64,000 nucleotides of DNA, from the NCBI GenBank assembly GCA_965216875.1, contig OZ244207.1:864001-928000 (forward strand), written 5' to 3'. The notes beneath the pieces are model-generated. The model was given only the letters and a program-made list of their open reading frames with translations, was not told where the DNA came from and searched no databases. Positions 48,801-57,400 of the stretch are shown here, in pieces. The translations under genes and the position numbers were made by a program. How positions within the stretch are numbered: position 1 is the first letter of the stretch; each line of letters begins with the position of its first letter. This DNA comes from Rubripirellula sp. (GTDB taxonomy: Bacteria > Planctomycetota > Planctomycetia > Pirellulales > Pirellulaceae).

Positions 48801-50834
48801 CGTTTTCGGCTTGTTTCGTTCGACCGATGCAATGGCGACATGACGAAAGCCGGTCGCTTGGGCGAGGTGACGAACCAAACTTGCACAGTAGTCTCGGCCG
48901 GTGACACGTGAGGTGCCTTCGACCACCAAGTCCATCGCTTCTCGCGAGCGACGGAATTGACGCTCGGCTTGCACGCGGTCCGTGGCGTCAACGACCAGCA
49001 TGTAAAACCCGACTAGCGATCCCGCATCCGAAACGTGAGGTGCATAGGTGACGTGCCAATGTCGTTGTCCCGAAGGCGTATCGACCGTGGTCTCGAAATC
49101 GACCGTCTCGCCTTCCTGGACGCGTCGAATGTAGGGGACGAGTTCGTGGTAGTGTTCTTCAGTGACCGTTTCGGCAATCGTCTGGCCGTGTGCGTGTGGC
49201 GGCAATGAACTGAGCCCTCGGTGCCACCACGATTTGCAGGTTGCGTTGAGGTAGACGTACCGTTCATCCATGTCGACATAGGCGATCAGGACCGGTAACG
49301 AGTCGGCCATCACCTTCATCTGCTGTTCGCGTTTGCGTAGATTGGCCTCGGTCAGCTTCTTTTCATGGATGTCTTCAGTGATGCCGGTGATCCGTTGAAT
49401 GATTCCAACGTCATCCAAAAGCGGGACGAAGCAGGACCGAAAATGACGATTCGCGGACGTCTTGAACTCGAAAAAACTCGTTTCACCTTCGTAGGCTTGT
49501 TCGAGCAGGTCCGAGACACGCTGACGATCTTCGTCACAGACGGCCGAGAGGTATTTGACGCCGATAACTTCGGACTCGTTGGAAAGCCCGAGCATTTCGA
49601 GGCCGGTTTTGTTCATCGACGAAATCGTGCCATTCAGTTCGATTTCGTGAATGCAAAACGGAGCATTGTTGATCAGTCGTCGATACCGTTCCTCGCTTTC
49701 GGTCAACCGGCGGACGGTTTCTTTTTGCTCGGTGACATCGAGCGCTACGCCGATTGTCCCAATGATCTGTCCTTGGCTGTCGGTCAACGGTTCCATGTGG
49801 GCATGGAACACTCGATCCAACACTTCGTTTTCATACCCGCATGATTCACCACTGAGTGCCCGCAAATGTTGGGCATAGGGCATGTAGTTCGGATCGTCCG
49901 ACTGCAAAAAGTCCGAGACCTTTGTGCCGACCACCTGGTCGGGTTCCAAACCGAGGTCTGCGAGTCCACCACCGGCCGACAGGGTGAATTGCAAGTCGCA
50001 GTTGGTCGTCCAAAGAACTGCGGGGACCTGATCAACGAACATGCGAAGTCGCTCTTCGTTTTGTCGTAGCTCCTCGGCGACCTGTTTCCGTTCGCTGATG
50101 TTGTTGACGAAGGCGAAGACGAACTCTTCACCTTGGTACTCCATCAACGATGTGACGATTTCGACAGGGATCATCCGCCCGTCGAGATGTTGGATTTGTG
50201 TCTCAAAGTTGAGGCGTCTTTGCTGTTGCATCGACGCCCAATATTGTGGCCAAACCTCGGGCGGATAGGACGGGTCAATGTCGTGCACGTTCATCGTCAA
50301 CAACGTTTCACGTGGGTACCCGAATTCACGCGTCGTTTGGTCGTTGACGTAAAAGAAACTTGCGTCTTTGCGAATCCAAAAAACGGAGACGCTGCAACTG
50401 TCGACCGAGAACTTGGTGAATTGCAACTCTTCCTGGTTGCGTTTCTGCTCGGTGATGTCGTCCACAATCGCGATGTGTGTGGTCGGCGCGTCGCCAGGTT
50501 GCCACATTGCCGAGACGGACAAATTGATCCAGCGGTAGGTTCCGTTGCGATGACGCAAGCGTTTTTCGAGACTGAAGGATCGAATCTCGCCCGTCAGCAG
50601 GCGGTTCATTTGTTCCACGTCGGTCTCGAGATCGTCGGGATGGGTCAGGTCCATCCACGTCTTTCCGATCAATTCTTGTTGGGTCGTGTCGAGGATCTCG
50701 CAGTACCGCTGGTTGGCCCTCAGGATCTCGCCGGTGATGGAATCGAGCTGGCCGATTCCGACCGCGGCGTTTTCAAAGATCGCCTGGTACGGAGTGATCT
50801 CATCCGCTCGTTCATCCATCGACGTCGGAATCAA
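45849..50834 (-). CDS. Cytoplasmic multi-PAS/GAF sensor histidine kinase
   Basis: Ten PAS/PAC repeats (DITE.K ends), one GAF, H-box GIAHEVKQPL, NLLHNA, DNGPGI, FYTTK..GMGMGL. Confidence 0.95.
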   Translation of the reverse strand: MIPTSMDERADEITPYQAIFENAAVGIGQLDSITGEILRANQRYCEILDTTQQELIGKTWMDLTHPDDLETDVEQMNRLLTGEIRSFSLEKRLRHRNGTYRWINLSVSAMWQPGDAPTTHIAIVDDITEQKRNQEELQFTKFSVDSCSVSVFWIRKDASFFYVNDQTTREFGYPRETLLTMNVHDIDPSYPPEVWPQYWASMQQQRRLNFETQIQHLDGRMIPVEIVTSLMEYQGEEFVFAFVNNISERKQVAEELRQNEERLRMFVDQVPAVLWTTNCDLQFTLSAGGGLADLGLEPDQVVGTKVSDFLQSDDPNYMPYAQHLRALSGESCGYENEVLDRVFHAHMEPLTDSQGQIIGTIGVALDVTEQKETVRRLTESEERYRRLINNAPFCIHEIELNGTISSMNKTGLEMLGLSNESEVIGVKYLSAVCDEDRQRVSDLLEQAYEGETSFFEFKTSANRHFRSCFVPLLDDVGIIQRITGITEDIHEKKLTEANLRKREQQMKVMADSLPVLIAYVDMDERYVYLNATCKSWWHRGLSSLPPHAHGQTIAETVTEEHYHELVPYIRRVQEGETVDFETTVDTPSGQRHWHVTYAPHVSDAGSLVGFYMLVVDATDRVQAERQFRRSREAMDLVVEGTSRVTGRDYCASLVRHLAQATGFRHVAIASVERNKPKTASAVAVCSDGEMADHFEYDLEGTPCEQVISQGQCLYASDVQKTFPTDDVLRALDGQSYLGAPLINSSGDTIGVLFAIDRKPMDDHHFQQQILQLFADRAAAELERMSVEQALRASEELYRNVVELSPGVIIVHVEGRIVFANPAATRLFGCELQSMMGRSIIDLFVPADRERVANRIRRITDHGETVEPNEMRLLRDDGQIADIEAIGTPIQFGGKSAVLAMAFDITERKRFENALQITQHSVDNSHTAIFWITPKGEFAYVNQAACDLVGYTEPDLLELNAADLGVGYNDSFWQQVKNRQSVTYQTKARRGDDTEVPVLLSASYFEFNGQEYVLAFLTNISDQVRAETALRENEERFRLAFDQQFQFMAILDADGRVVEINDLPLRMQNASRDDYIGKYFWDAPAWEKLPEWRETIRQRVLDAPKSDEPLLTEDTYMRGDGSLGVAMAAYSVIRKQTGELRFILVQATDITERRNAEIKLRDGEKRFRAIFNSTFQFIGLLTIDGRLLEANETALQFGNVEPEDVLGRPFWETFWWCDDPPRMQRLQDAIKAAADGQFVRYTEEVRGANSVETIDFSIKPVLDDDGRVTLLVPEGRVITAQKRAEDARRKNEELLEVTNRLASVGGWELDLETRVLSWSAQTCRIHEVSPDYRPDLDTAVNFYAPEARPVISDAVDAAVKTGACWDLELPLITAKGNRRWVRAQGVAERIDGKVVRLHGALHDITELRDAEEESRKHRDLLAHVTRLSTMGEMVAGIAHEVKQPLYAITNFATASSVTLDNLENNVIDASTIGELAEWNQGVRQASKRASEIIKRLREFSQRRESTRDRLDIAQVVGESIELVAFEARRFEVQVETLFEEDLPPVYADRVQVEQVMVNLLHNAYEALSDQDVARRVTVRIRRGDGVVELEIEDNGPGIPVDQHGKLFEAFYTTKTSGMGMGLAISQTIIEDHGGRLWGSVNDEGGATFHVTLPYRREATMHT

Positions 50835-50872
50835 GAGACGACTCCTTTCGTGACCGGCGCAATGCCTTGGAA

Positions 50873-50936
50873 TCGTTGCGCATCACTCCGCGAAAGATGT
50901 GGATGCGGGCGCTGCTTTCGCGGAGCGCAAGGCGAC
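50873..50936. repeat. Degenerate REP palindrome
   Basis: CTCCGCGAAAG...CTTTCGCGGAGCGCAAGGCGAC, same family as 31401 and 43772. Confidence 0.65.
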
Positions 50937-51229
50937 ATTGCAAGTCTCGGGAGAGAACGCCAGCAGCCGGCATTCATTGCTGGCAGCAGCATCAGATGGC
51001 ATCGATGCGCGGTCATTGCGACTCAAATCCCCCAAGGTCGTACCCGGTGCAACCGTCGCAATCTTCGTTCGAGGGCGCGCGCCGTTGCCAGACAGATATC
51101 CGAATTGACTTGCGGGTAGCCGCAGGCTGTTTTTGGGATTCGGTCCAGTGACAGTCTTAACGGGGGGAAACGTCCTCGGAAAGCCGCACCCCCCCATCTA
51201 TCGGCGTCGAATACTCGCCACGTGCAGCA

Positions 51230-51880
51230 CTAGCGTGCTGATTCGACACTGGATGGTAGAGGGCGGCCGTGCTGGGCCGTTTCTTCGTCGGGTTCCGGCG
51301 CGGCAAAGCTTGTATGGACGGGCATCACGCCGGCCCAGATGTCTTGCCCGTAGTCCTCGGCCTCATCGACAGGTGGTCCGGTGCGAATTTTTGCGGAGGC
51401 CGATTCGATCTTCATCTCGAGCACCGAGGTTGCCTTGAGTTCCTGCGGATTGGGCGCCCGAACTTCTTCCCAGCGTCCTTTGAGGACTTGGTCGGAAATC
51501 ACCTTGAGTGCATCCGTTTTCTTGTCGTCCCCTTCGATCAGCTGAGCGGTTCCAAACAGGACTGCGGAACGATAATTCATCGAGTGATGAAAAGCCGATC
51601 GGGCGAGAACGAGTCCGTCAAAGTGAGTGACGCAGACACTGACATCTACACCATCGCTAAGCCGCTTGACCATTCGGCTGACCGTCGCCCCGTGAAAGAA
51701 GAGCGAGTCGTCACTGCGGCCATAGATCGTCGGGATCACAAAGGGCTGGCCTTGAGCATCCGAAAAGCCGACATGGCAGACTGAGCCCGCATCGAGGATG
51801 TCGAAAACGGTCTTGCGATCGTAGTGTCCTCGATTCGGGACACGTTTGACCTGGTTGCGTGGCGTTTTTTCGAATGACAA
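51230..51880 (-). CDS. Pyridoxamine 5'-phosphate oxidase-like flavin-binding protein (NimA-like)
   Basis: R.P.RG.YD, P.VIPT.Y, HG, DGLVLARSAFHHSMNYRS, SAKIRTGPP motifs. Confidence 0.9.
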   Translation of the reverse strand: MSFEKTPRNQVKRVPNRGHYDRKTVFDILDAGSVCHVGFSDAQGQPFVIPTIYGRSDDSLFFHGATVSRMVKRLSDGVDVSVCVTHFDGLVLARSAFHHSMNYRSAVLFGTAQLIEGDDKKTDALKVISDQVLKGRWEEVRAPNPQELKATSVLEMKIESASAKIRTGPPVDEAEDYGQDIWAGVMPVHTSFAAPEPDEETAQHGRPLPSSVESAR

Positions 51881-51984
51881 ACCGGCGGCTCCAAGGGGTG
51901 TGTGTCGTGGGTGAGTTTAGGGACTCGTGGCCTCGTCCACTACCGACACTGGTTGGGGAACCGGGTTCGCCTGGGAGCGCGCAT

Positions 51985-52082
51985 AAAAAATCGGCCCTAA
52001 CCTGATGAGAGAAAACCCGGTCCGAGCGTGCGAGGCGGACGCACACTCGGAAACCGGGACCTCTGGCCCAGGCAAGAGCCGA
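51985..52082 (-). other. Long imperfect stem-loop followed by U6 (candidate structured RNA or second terminator)
   Basis: Minus strand TCGGCTCT-CCTG-AGAG-CCCGG-TCCGAG-TGTGCG loop CGCACG-CTCGGA-CCGGG-CTCT-CAGG-AGGGCCGA TTTTTT. Confidence 0.6.
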
Positions 52083-52094
52083 GAAGTACAGATC

Positions 52095-52148
52095 AAAAAA
52101 CAAGAGTGGTTCAGGGCTGCGTATGTCAGACAGCCCTGAAGCTCACTC
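52095..52148 (-). terminator. Intrinsic terminator of the amt gene
   Basis: TTCAGGGCTG/CAGCCCTGAA stem extended by GAGTG/CACTC, followed by TTGTTTTTT on the minus strand, 9 bp after the stop. Confidence 0.75.
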
Positions 52149-52156
52149 CTGATTTC

Positions 52157-53650
52157 TTAAGCCGAGGTTGGAGGTGCAGCGGTGACACCTTCAGGAACGG
52201 CATCGTGTGGGTAGGCGTGCATCCCGTGTTCGGAGATGTCCAAGCCAACCGTTTCTTCTTCGACACTGACACGGACTCCGAAGACTGCCTTCAAGGCACC
52301 GAAGACGATCAGCGAGAAGACGAATGCGAATGCACTGATGGCCAGTGTTCCAACAAGTTGTGTCATGACACTGTGCTCGGGGTCGAGCGAGAAGATGCCG
52401 ACAGCGAGCGTACCCCAGATACCACAAACACCGTGGACCGAGATCGCACCGACAGGGTCGTCAATCTTGCAGCGATCGATTGCGATGATCGAAACCACAA
52501 CCAAAGCACCAGCGATGGCACCGATCAAGATCGAAGAACCTTCACCGACGGTGTCAGCACCAGCGGTGATACCGACCAAGCCGGCCAGGATACCATTGAG
52601 AGCCATGGTCACATCATGCTTGGACAACAGTGCCCAAGAAACGATGATCGAAGTGACAGCACCGGCACAAGCAGCGAGGCTCGTGGTAGCGAATACGTAC
52701 GAGACAGCTTTCGGGTCAGCAGCGAGAGCCGAACCACCATTGAAGCCGAACCAACCGAACCAAAGCAGGAAGACGCCGATCGCAGCAAGTGGCATGCTGT
52801 GACCTGGAATCGCGGTGATACCCGAAGGCATGTACTTACCAGTACGAGGCCCAAGGATGATGGCACATGCCAGAGCAGCGAAACCACCGAAGGCGTGCAC
52901 GATGCTCGAACCAGCGAAGTCGTAGAAGCCAGCTTGGTCGAGCCATCCGCCGCCCCACTTCCAGCTACCAGTGACTGGGTAAGCGAAGCCAACCAACAAG
53001 GTTGCGAAGAGCATGAAGACAGGAAGTTTGACGCGTTCTGCAACGGCACCCGAAACGATCGTCGCGGCAGTTGCACAGAACATGGCTTGGAAGATGAAGT
53101 CACCCCACCAAGTGTAGCCAGCGTTGTACTCGTGAGTGGTCAAGGCAGTGTCGTTGAGCGAACCGCCGAACCAGCTGCCGGTGGCGAACACGCCATCGAT
53201 CAAGAACTCACCGGGGTACATCGCGTTGAAACCCCATGCGGCGTAAAGCAGCAAGCCGGTACAAACGATCCATACGTTCTTGAAGATAATGTTGACGGCA
53301 TTCTTCTTTTGCGTCAGACCTGCTTCGAGTGTCGTGAAGCCAAGGTGCATGATGAACACCAAAGCAGCCGAGATACAAATCCACAGGTTGTTGACCGTGA
53401 AGACCGCGTATTCGGGGGAAGCGATGTACTCGTCGCTCGAGTAAGCGCTTTCGGGAGTGGCGGCGGCCTCTTCTGCTTCTTCCTCAGCGGGCTCTTCGGC
53501 AGGCGCTTCGGTTTCCGCCACTTCGGCGGCTGTGTCGGTTTCAGCGTCTTGAGCAAAGACAGCTGGAGTGGTGATCAAACCGAGGGCTAAAACCCCCAAC
53601 ATGATCCATGGGATGTGGGCGCGAGTTCGCGCCAGACTGATCAATTGCAT
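52157..53650 (-). CDS. amtB: Ammonium transporter (Amt family)
   Basis: LVF.M..GF..LEAG, FQAMFCATAATIVSGAVAER, DFAGS.IVH, LWFGWFGFNGGS, IDDPVGAISVHG; twin His present. Confidence 0.96.
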   Translation of the reverse strand: MQLISLARTRAHIPWIMLGVLALGLITTPAVFAQDAETDTAAEVAETEAPAEEPAEEEAEEAAATPESAYSSDEYIASPEYAVFTVNNLWICISAALVFIMHLGFTTLEAGLTQKKNAVNIIFKNVWIVCTGLLLYAAWGFNAMYPGEFLIDGVFATGSWFGGSLNDTALTTHEYNAGYTWWGDFIFQAMFCATAATIVSGAVAERVKLPVFMLFATLLVGFAYPVTGSWKWGGGWLDQAGFYDFAGSSIVHAFGGFAALACAIILGPRTGKYMPSGITAIPGHSMPLAAIGVFLLWFGWFGFNGGSALAADPKAVSYVFATTSLAACAGAVTSIIVSWALLSKHDVTMALNGILAGLVGITAGADTVGEGSSILIGAIAGALVVVSIIAIDRCKIDDPVGAISVHGVCGIWGTLAVGIFSLDPEHSVMTQLVGTLAISAFAFVFSLIVFGALKAVFGVRVSVEEETVGLDISEHGMHAYPHDAVPEGVTAAPPTSA

Positions 53651-53825
53651 TGAACCCTCTACGGTGGGAAACGGGATGGGGACCGTGCGACGTTTCACAC
53701 GGTCGAACTCATTCGTTGAGCCAAACGCGTTACACCACCAACTCCTGCCCGGGCCATCTTCAAATCGCTCGTGAGCCGATTGCGGTGCTCAAAAAGTAAC
53801 GTCCGCTCGTTGACGGGCAGCTGTT

Positions 53826-53842
53826 AGCAACCAGCGAGCCAA
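53826..53842 (-). promoter_or_regulatory. Sigma54 (-24/-12) promoter of amt
   Basis: Minus strand TTGGCTCGCTGGTTGCT matches TGGCACG-N4-TTGCW with exact GG-N10-GC spacing. Confidence 0.8.
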
Positions 53843-53939
53843 AGAGTGTGCGGGGCACCGCATAGGTCACGTTAAGTACATGCGAGATAACAACTTAAAT
53901 AAATTGCGAGATTTTTTGATTAAGCCGGTTTTGGGGCCG

Positions 53940-54022
53940 TGCCTAGGAAATGTGCATGGTAAACATGCAGATCCAGCGTGGCCTGCCTGCTTGCCGTGCA
54001 GGCATCGCCTGTTTTTGATGCA
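53940..54022. promoter_or_regulatory. Three NtrC-like enhancer boxes
   Basis: 17-bp TGCCTAGGAAATGTGCA (53940), TGCCTGCTTGCCGTGCA (53984), CGCCTGTTTTTGATGCA (54006), resembling TGCAC-N7-GTGCA. Confidence 0.6.
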
Positions 54023-54270
54023 GTGGGGGAATCGGCACTCTTAGCATTTCCTTAACGCAGGACGGTTTCCCTTATGTTTCACGAAACCGGCCACAATGGG
54101 GGCCGCGCCAGGCGAGCCGTTGCATGGTTTGCTAGCAAGCGTTCAGCGGGCGGGCGCGGGGTTGGACGGCGGGCGGGCGCGGCGTTGGAGAGCTGTTTGG
54201 GAAGAGGCCGCTGAGCGGCAAAGAGCGTGTTCCCACGGGGACCGTCGGAACAAGGTTCGGCGCCGCGTTT

Positions 54271-54380
54271 CACTCTCCCTTGGGAGAGTCGGGCTCTCAG
54301 GCCCGGAGAGGGTTTGTTCTTTAAGCGTCGTTCCCTCCCCGGACTTTGCGTCCGACCCTCCCGCAAGCGGGAGGGTGATT
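54271..54380. repeat. Multi-hairpin REP/MITE-like element
   Basis: CACTCTCCCTTGGGAGAGTCGGGCTCT...CCCTCCCCGGACTTTGCGTCCGACCCTCCCGCAAGCGGGAGGGTGATT, near-identical to 6772-6879. Confidence 0.88.
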
Positions 54381-54446
54381 TTTGGGAGCGCGCGTTAACC
54401 TGGGCAAACACTTCCCCTCATGGCACCGCAACTACAATCCGCGGCA

Positions 54447-57400
54447 CTACTTTCCGGCGGTACTGTTGCTGATGACGTTCAGGTCATAGCTATGGCTGGA
54501 GAGTCCGAACTGTAGCGGCCGCAGGTTGGCTTGGTGGATCGACGAGAGCACTTGGCTTGGTGCATCCTGCATCACGCTTTGCACAGTCGGTCGGGGTGAG
54601 AAGAACATGCTCGGGTGCAACGCCGGTTGGAAGTAGCGGCGGGTGTTGTATTGGCCGTCTTCGCCGAGGGTGTGAATGGCGCCGATCGCTTCGGCCGTCA
54701 TCGCATGAGGATGCTCCCAGATCACCGCACCTGGGAAGGTCGCGATCCAGTTGCCGCCTTGGTCGGCAATGACCGTGCGGGTTCCGACAACGTTTCCGGT
54801 GTCGTCGTAGATTCGCAACACAAGCGTCGTGCCGGGTTCGGCCAAGCCGCTGTAGATCGGATCGACCGGAAGCGGCTTTGTGTGACGAAGCGGGTCTTCG
54901 CGGTAGGCGTACCACTCGATGTCGTCGTCAAATCCGGTGCGTTGCATGAAGTCGTTGGTCGAGTCGAATGCATACTGCAGCAACTCGCGACCATCGACGT
55001 CGGTGTTGTTGGAAAGGATCAAGTCTGGCCCGTTGGCTCCGTCGTCGAAGATGATCGATGTGAACTCGATGAGGTTGGCCAGGGGATCGTCGGTCACGAT
55101 CGGGATCGATGCCATCACCGTGAGCGTTCGAATGTCGGTGCCACGTCCGGCGACCGTGCCAAGGTCCCATTCGATCGTTCCGTTGGTTGCGTTGAAGCTT
55201 GCCGCAGGATCCATCAACACGATCGAGCTCGGGTCGATCAATGTCATCGGCAGCGAGGTGATCACTTCCACGTTGTCACCACCCTGGCTGCCGAGGTTGC
55301 CGGCCGTGATCGTGAATGAAATCTTGTCCGATGGGCTGAACGTGTGATCGGGCGCGGCATCGATTTCGATGTCGACAAAGAACTCGGGCGTCGCATTCAG
55401 GATCGTGAAGGCTTCGGCGTGGTTGTTGTCCAGTGGCCCGTCATTGTCATCGGTCGGGTCCTCGCCGTTTGTGCCGTCGTCGCAGGCGATGACGTCAATT
55501 TCGAAATTGGTTTTCAGCGAAGCGACGGGGTCGAGCACATCGGCGCGGATGATCAGCGTCGAACTGTCGCCAGAAACCATGGCGCCGGCGTCCCAGGTAA
55601 TGTCGCCTGTGAGTGGGTTGAAATTGATGGACCCTGGCGGGATCGGATTGCCGAGTGTGTCTTCGAAGACAACGCTGGCGGGATCGATGACCGTGATGTC
55701 GATGTTGATCTTGCCTTCGACACCGGTCGCTTCTTGATCGCCATCATTGTGGATTGTGACGTCGTAGACGACCGAGTCGCCTGGTTCAACGACGGGTGGC
55801 GTTCGATTGACGATCGTTCGAAGGTCGGGCACCGCATCGACAATGTCGGTGTCGGTATTCGCGTTGTTGGTCAAGTTGTCGTCGACGCCGTGAAGTCCAT
55901 CGTCGGTGATCGTGGCAACGACATCGACGTCGTCAATCCCGGCATCGAGAGCGCCAAGGACATCGGCGGTGACGGTGCGCGTGAGCATTCCGCCCTCGGG
56001 GATGTTGCCGATGTTAAAGGTGATCGTTCCTGCTGCGACGTTGATGACGGCGGTCGGGTCGGTCGACGCGATGTTTTCGAGCACATTGGTTGGCAGGTTG
56101 ACGACCAGTTGGCTGCCACTGGCCCGGCTCGTGCCAAGGTTTTCGATGTCGATCGTGTAGGTCACGGCTTGGCCGGTGCCAACCACGGTAACGTTGTCGG
56201 TGATTGTCACTGACAGATCGGGAGAACCGTGGTAACCAAAGTCTTGTCCAACGACGTTTGCGCCGGCACCCAAAGCGACTTCGGCCGTGTCGGGCGTTGC
56301 GACGTGCCCATTGGGATCGAACGTCGGTTTGTCACCGATCGAGTCGGGTAGCGTTGCCGGGTCGACAGTGATCGTGTGTGTGCCTGCAAACAGGTTCGTG
56401 AACGAGTACGAACCGTCGGCGGCGGTGGTGACCGTTTGGGTGAAGTCGTCATTGCCGTCTCCATCGAGGTCGACGTCGATCGTGACCTCGACTCCGCCTT
56501 GCCGGCGATCCCCCAAGTTCTCGACACCGTCATCGTTGACGTCATAGACCAACACGCCCGTGATGCTGCCGGTTCCAGTGAATCCGAGGTCGACATCGGT
56601 TCGATTGGCTGACGTGGCGAGCGTGACTTCAGCGGTGTCGGCGACGACCCCCACGCCGTCATCCGGAGCAGCGGTGTTGATCGATCCGGCTGGCGGTGCG
56701 ACCACACTGACGCGATAGTCACCGGCAAGCAGATTGGCGATCGAGTAGTTTCCGGTCAGGTTGGTTGTGGTCGTGTAGGTCATGTCGTCGCCTGTCCCGA
56801 ACGTGCCGTCGAGACCTGCGAAGATCACTTGAACGGTTTGATTGGCGATTCCGACTTCACCAAGGTCTTGTGTGCCATTGGCGTTGGCGTCGTACCAGAC
56901 GCGATCAGAAATCGAACCGTTGCCACGGTAGCCAAAGTCGACGTTGTTTTGCGTGCCGGTCAGTGCAAAGTCGCCGCGACTATTGAGCGTGCCATCGATG
57001 TCGTAGGTTTGGATCGGTGCGTCAGGAACGTCGGCGGTATCGACGGTGACTCGGTAAAGGCCGTCGAAGAGTCCGGTGAAGTCGAAGTTGCCTCCTGCGG
57101 TGGTGTCGACAACAAGCGAGACATCGTCGCCGGTACCGAACAAACCATCTTGCCCAGCACCTTGCAGCGTCATCGTCGTGCCGACAAAGCCATCTTCGTT
57201 GCTAGCCGCTTGCACTCCATTTGCGTCGCCGTCAAAGAAGACGATACCGTCGGCCGAGCCAGTGCCGCGAAGTCCAAAGTCGGTCGTCGTGTTCGTGATC
57301 CCGACGCCAAGGTTGACCAGGGTCGAGGCGCCAACGGATTGTGGCGAACTGAACGAAGTCAAACCGGTCGGTAGGTCAATGTCGGCCGTGTCGATGGAAA

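Noticed and set aside
52001..52060. Hammerhead ribozyme suggested by CTGATGA...GAAA on the plus strand
   Set aside because: No proper stem II between the core elements and no stems I/III; the G-U pairing favours a minus-strand rod instead.
52028..53590. 520-aa plus-strand ORF (and similar long ORFs 8155..9162, 44165..45196, 60516..62375)
   Set aside because: Antisense shadows of well-supported genes, expected from GC-rich codon bias; no recognisable motifs.
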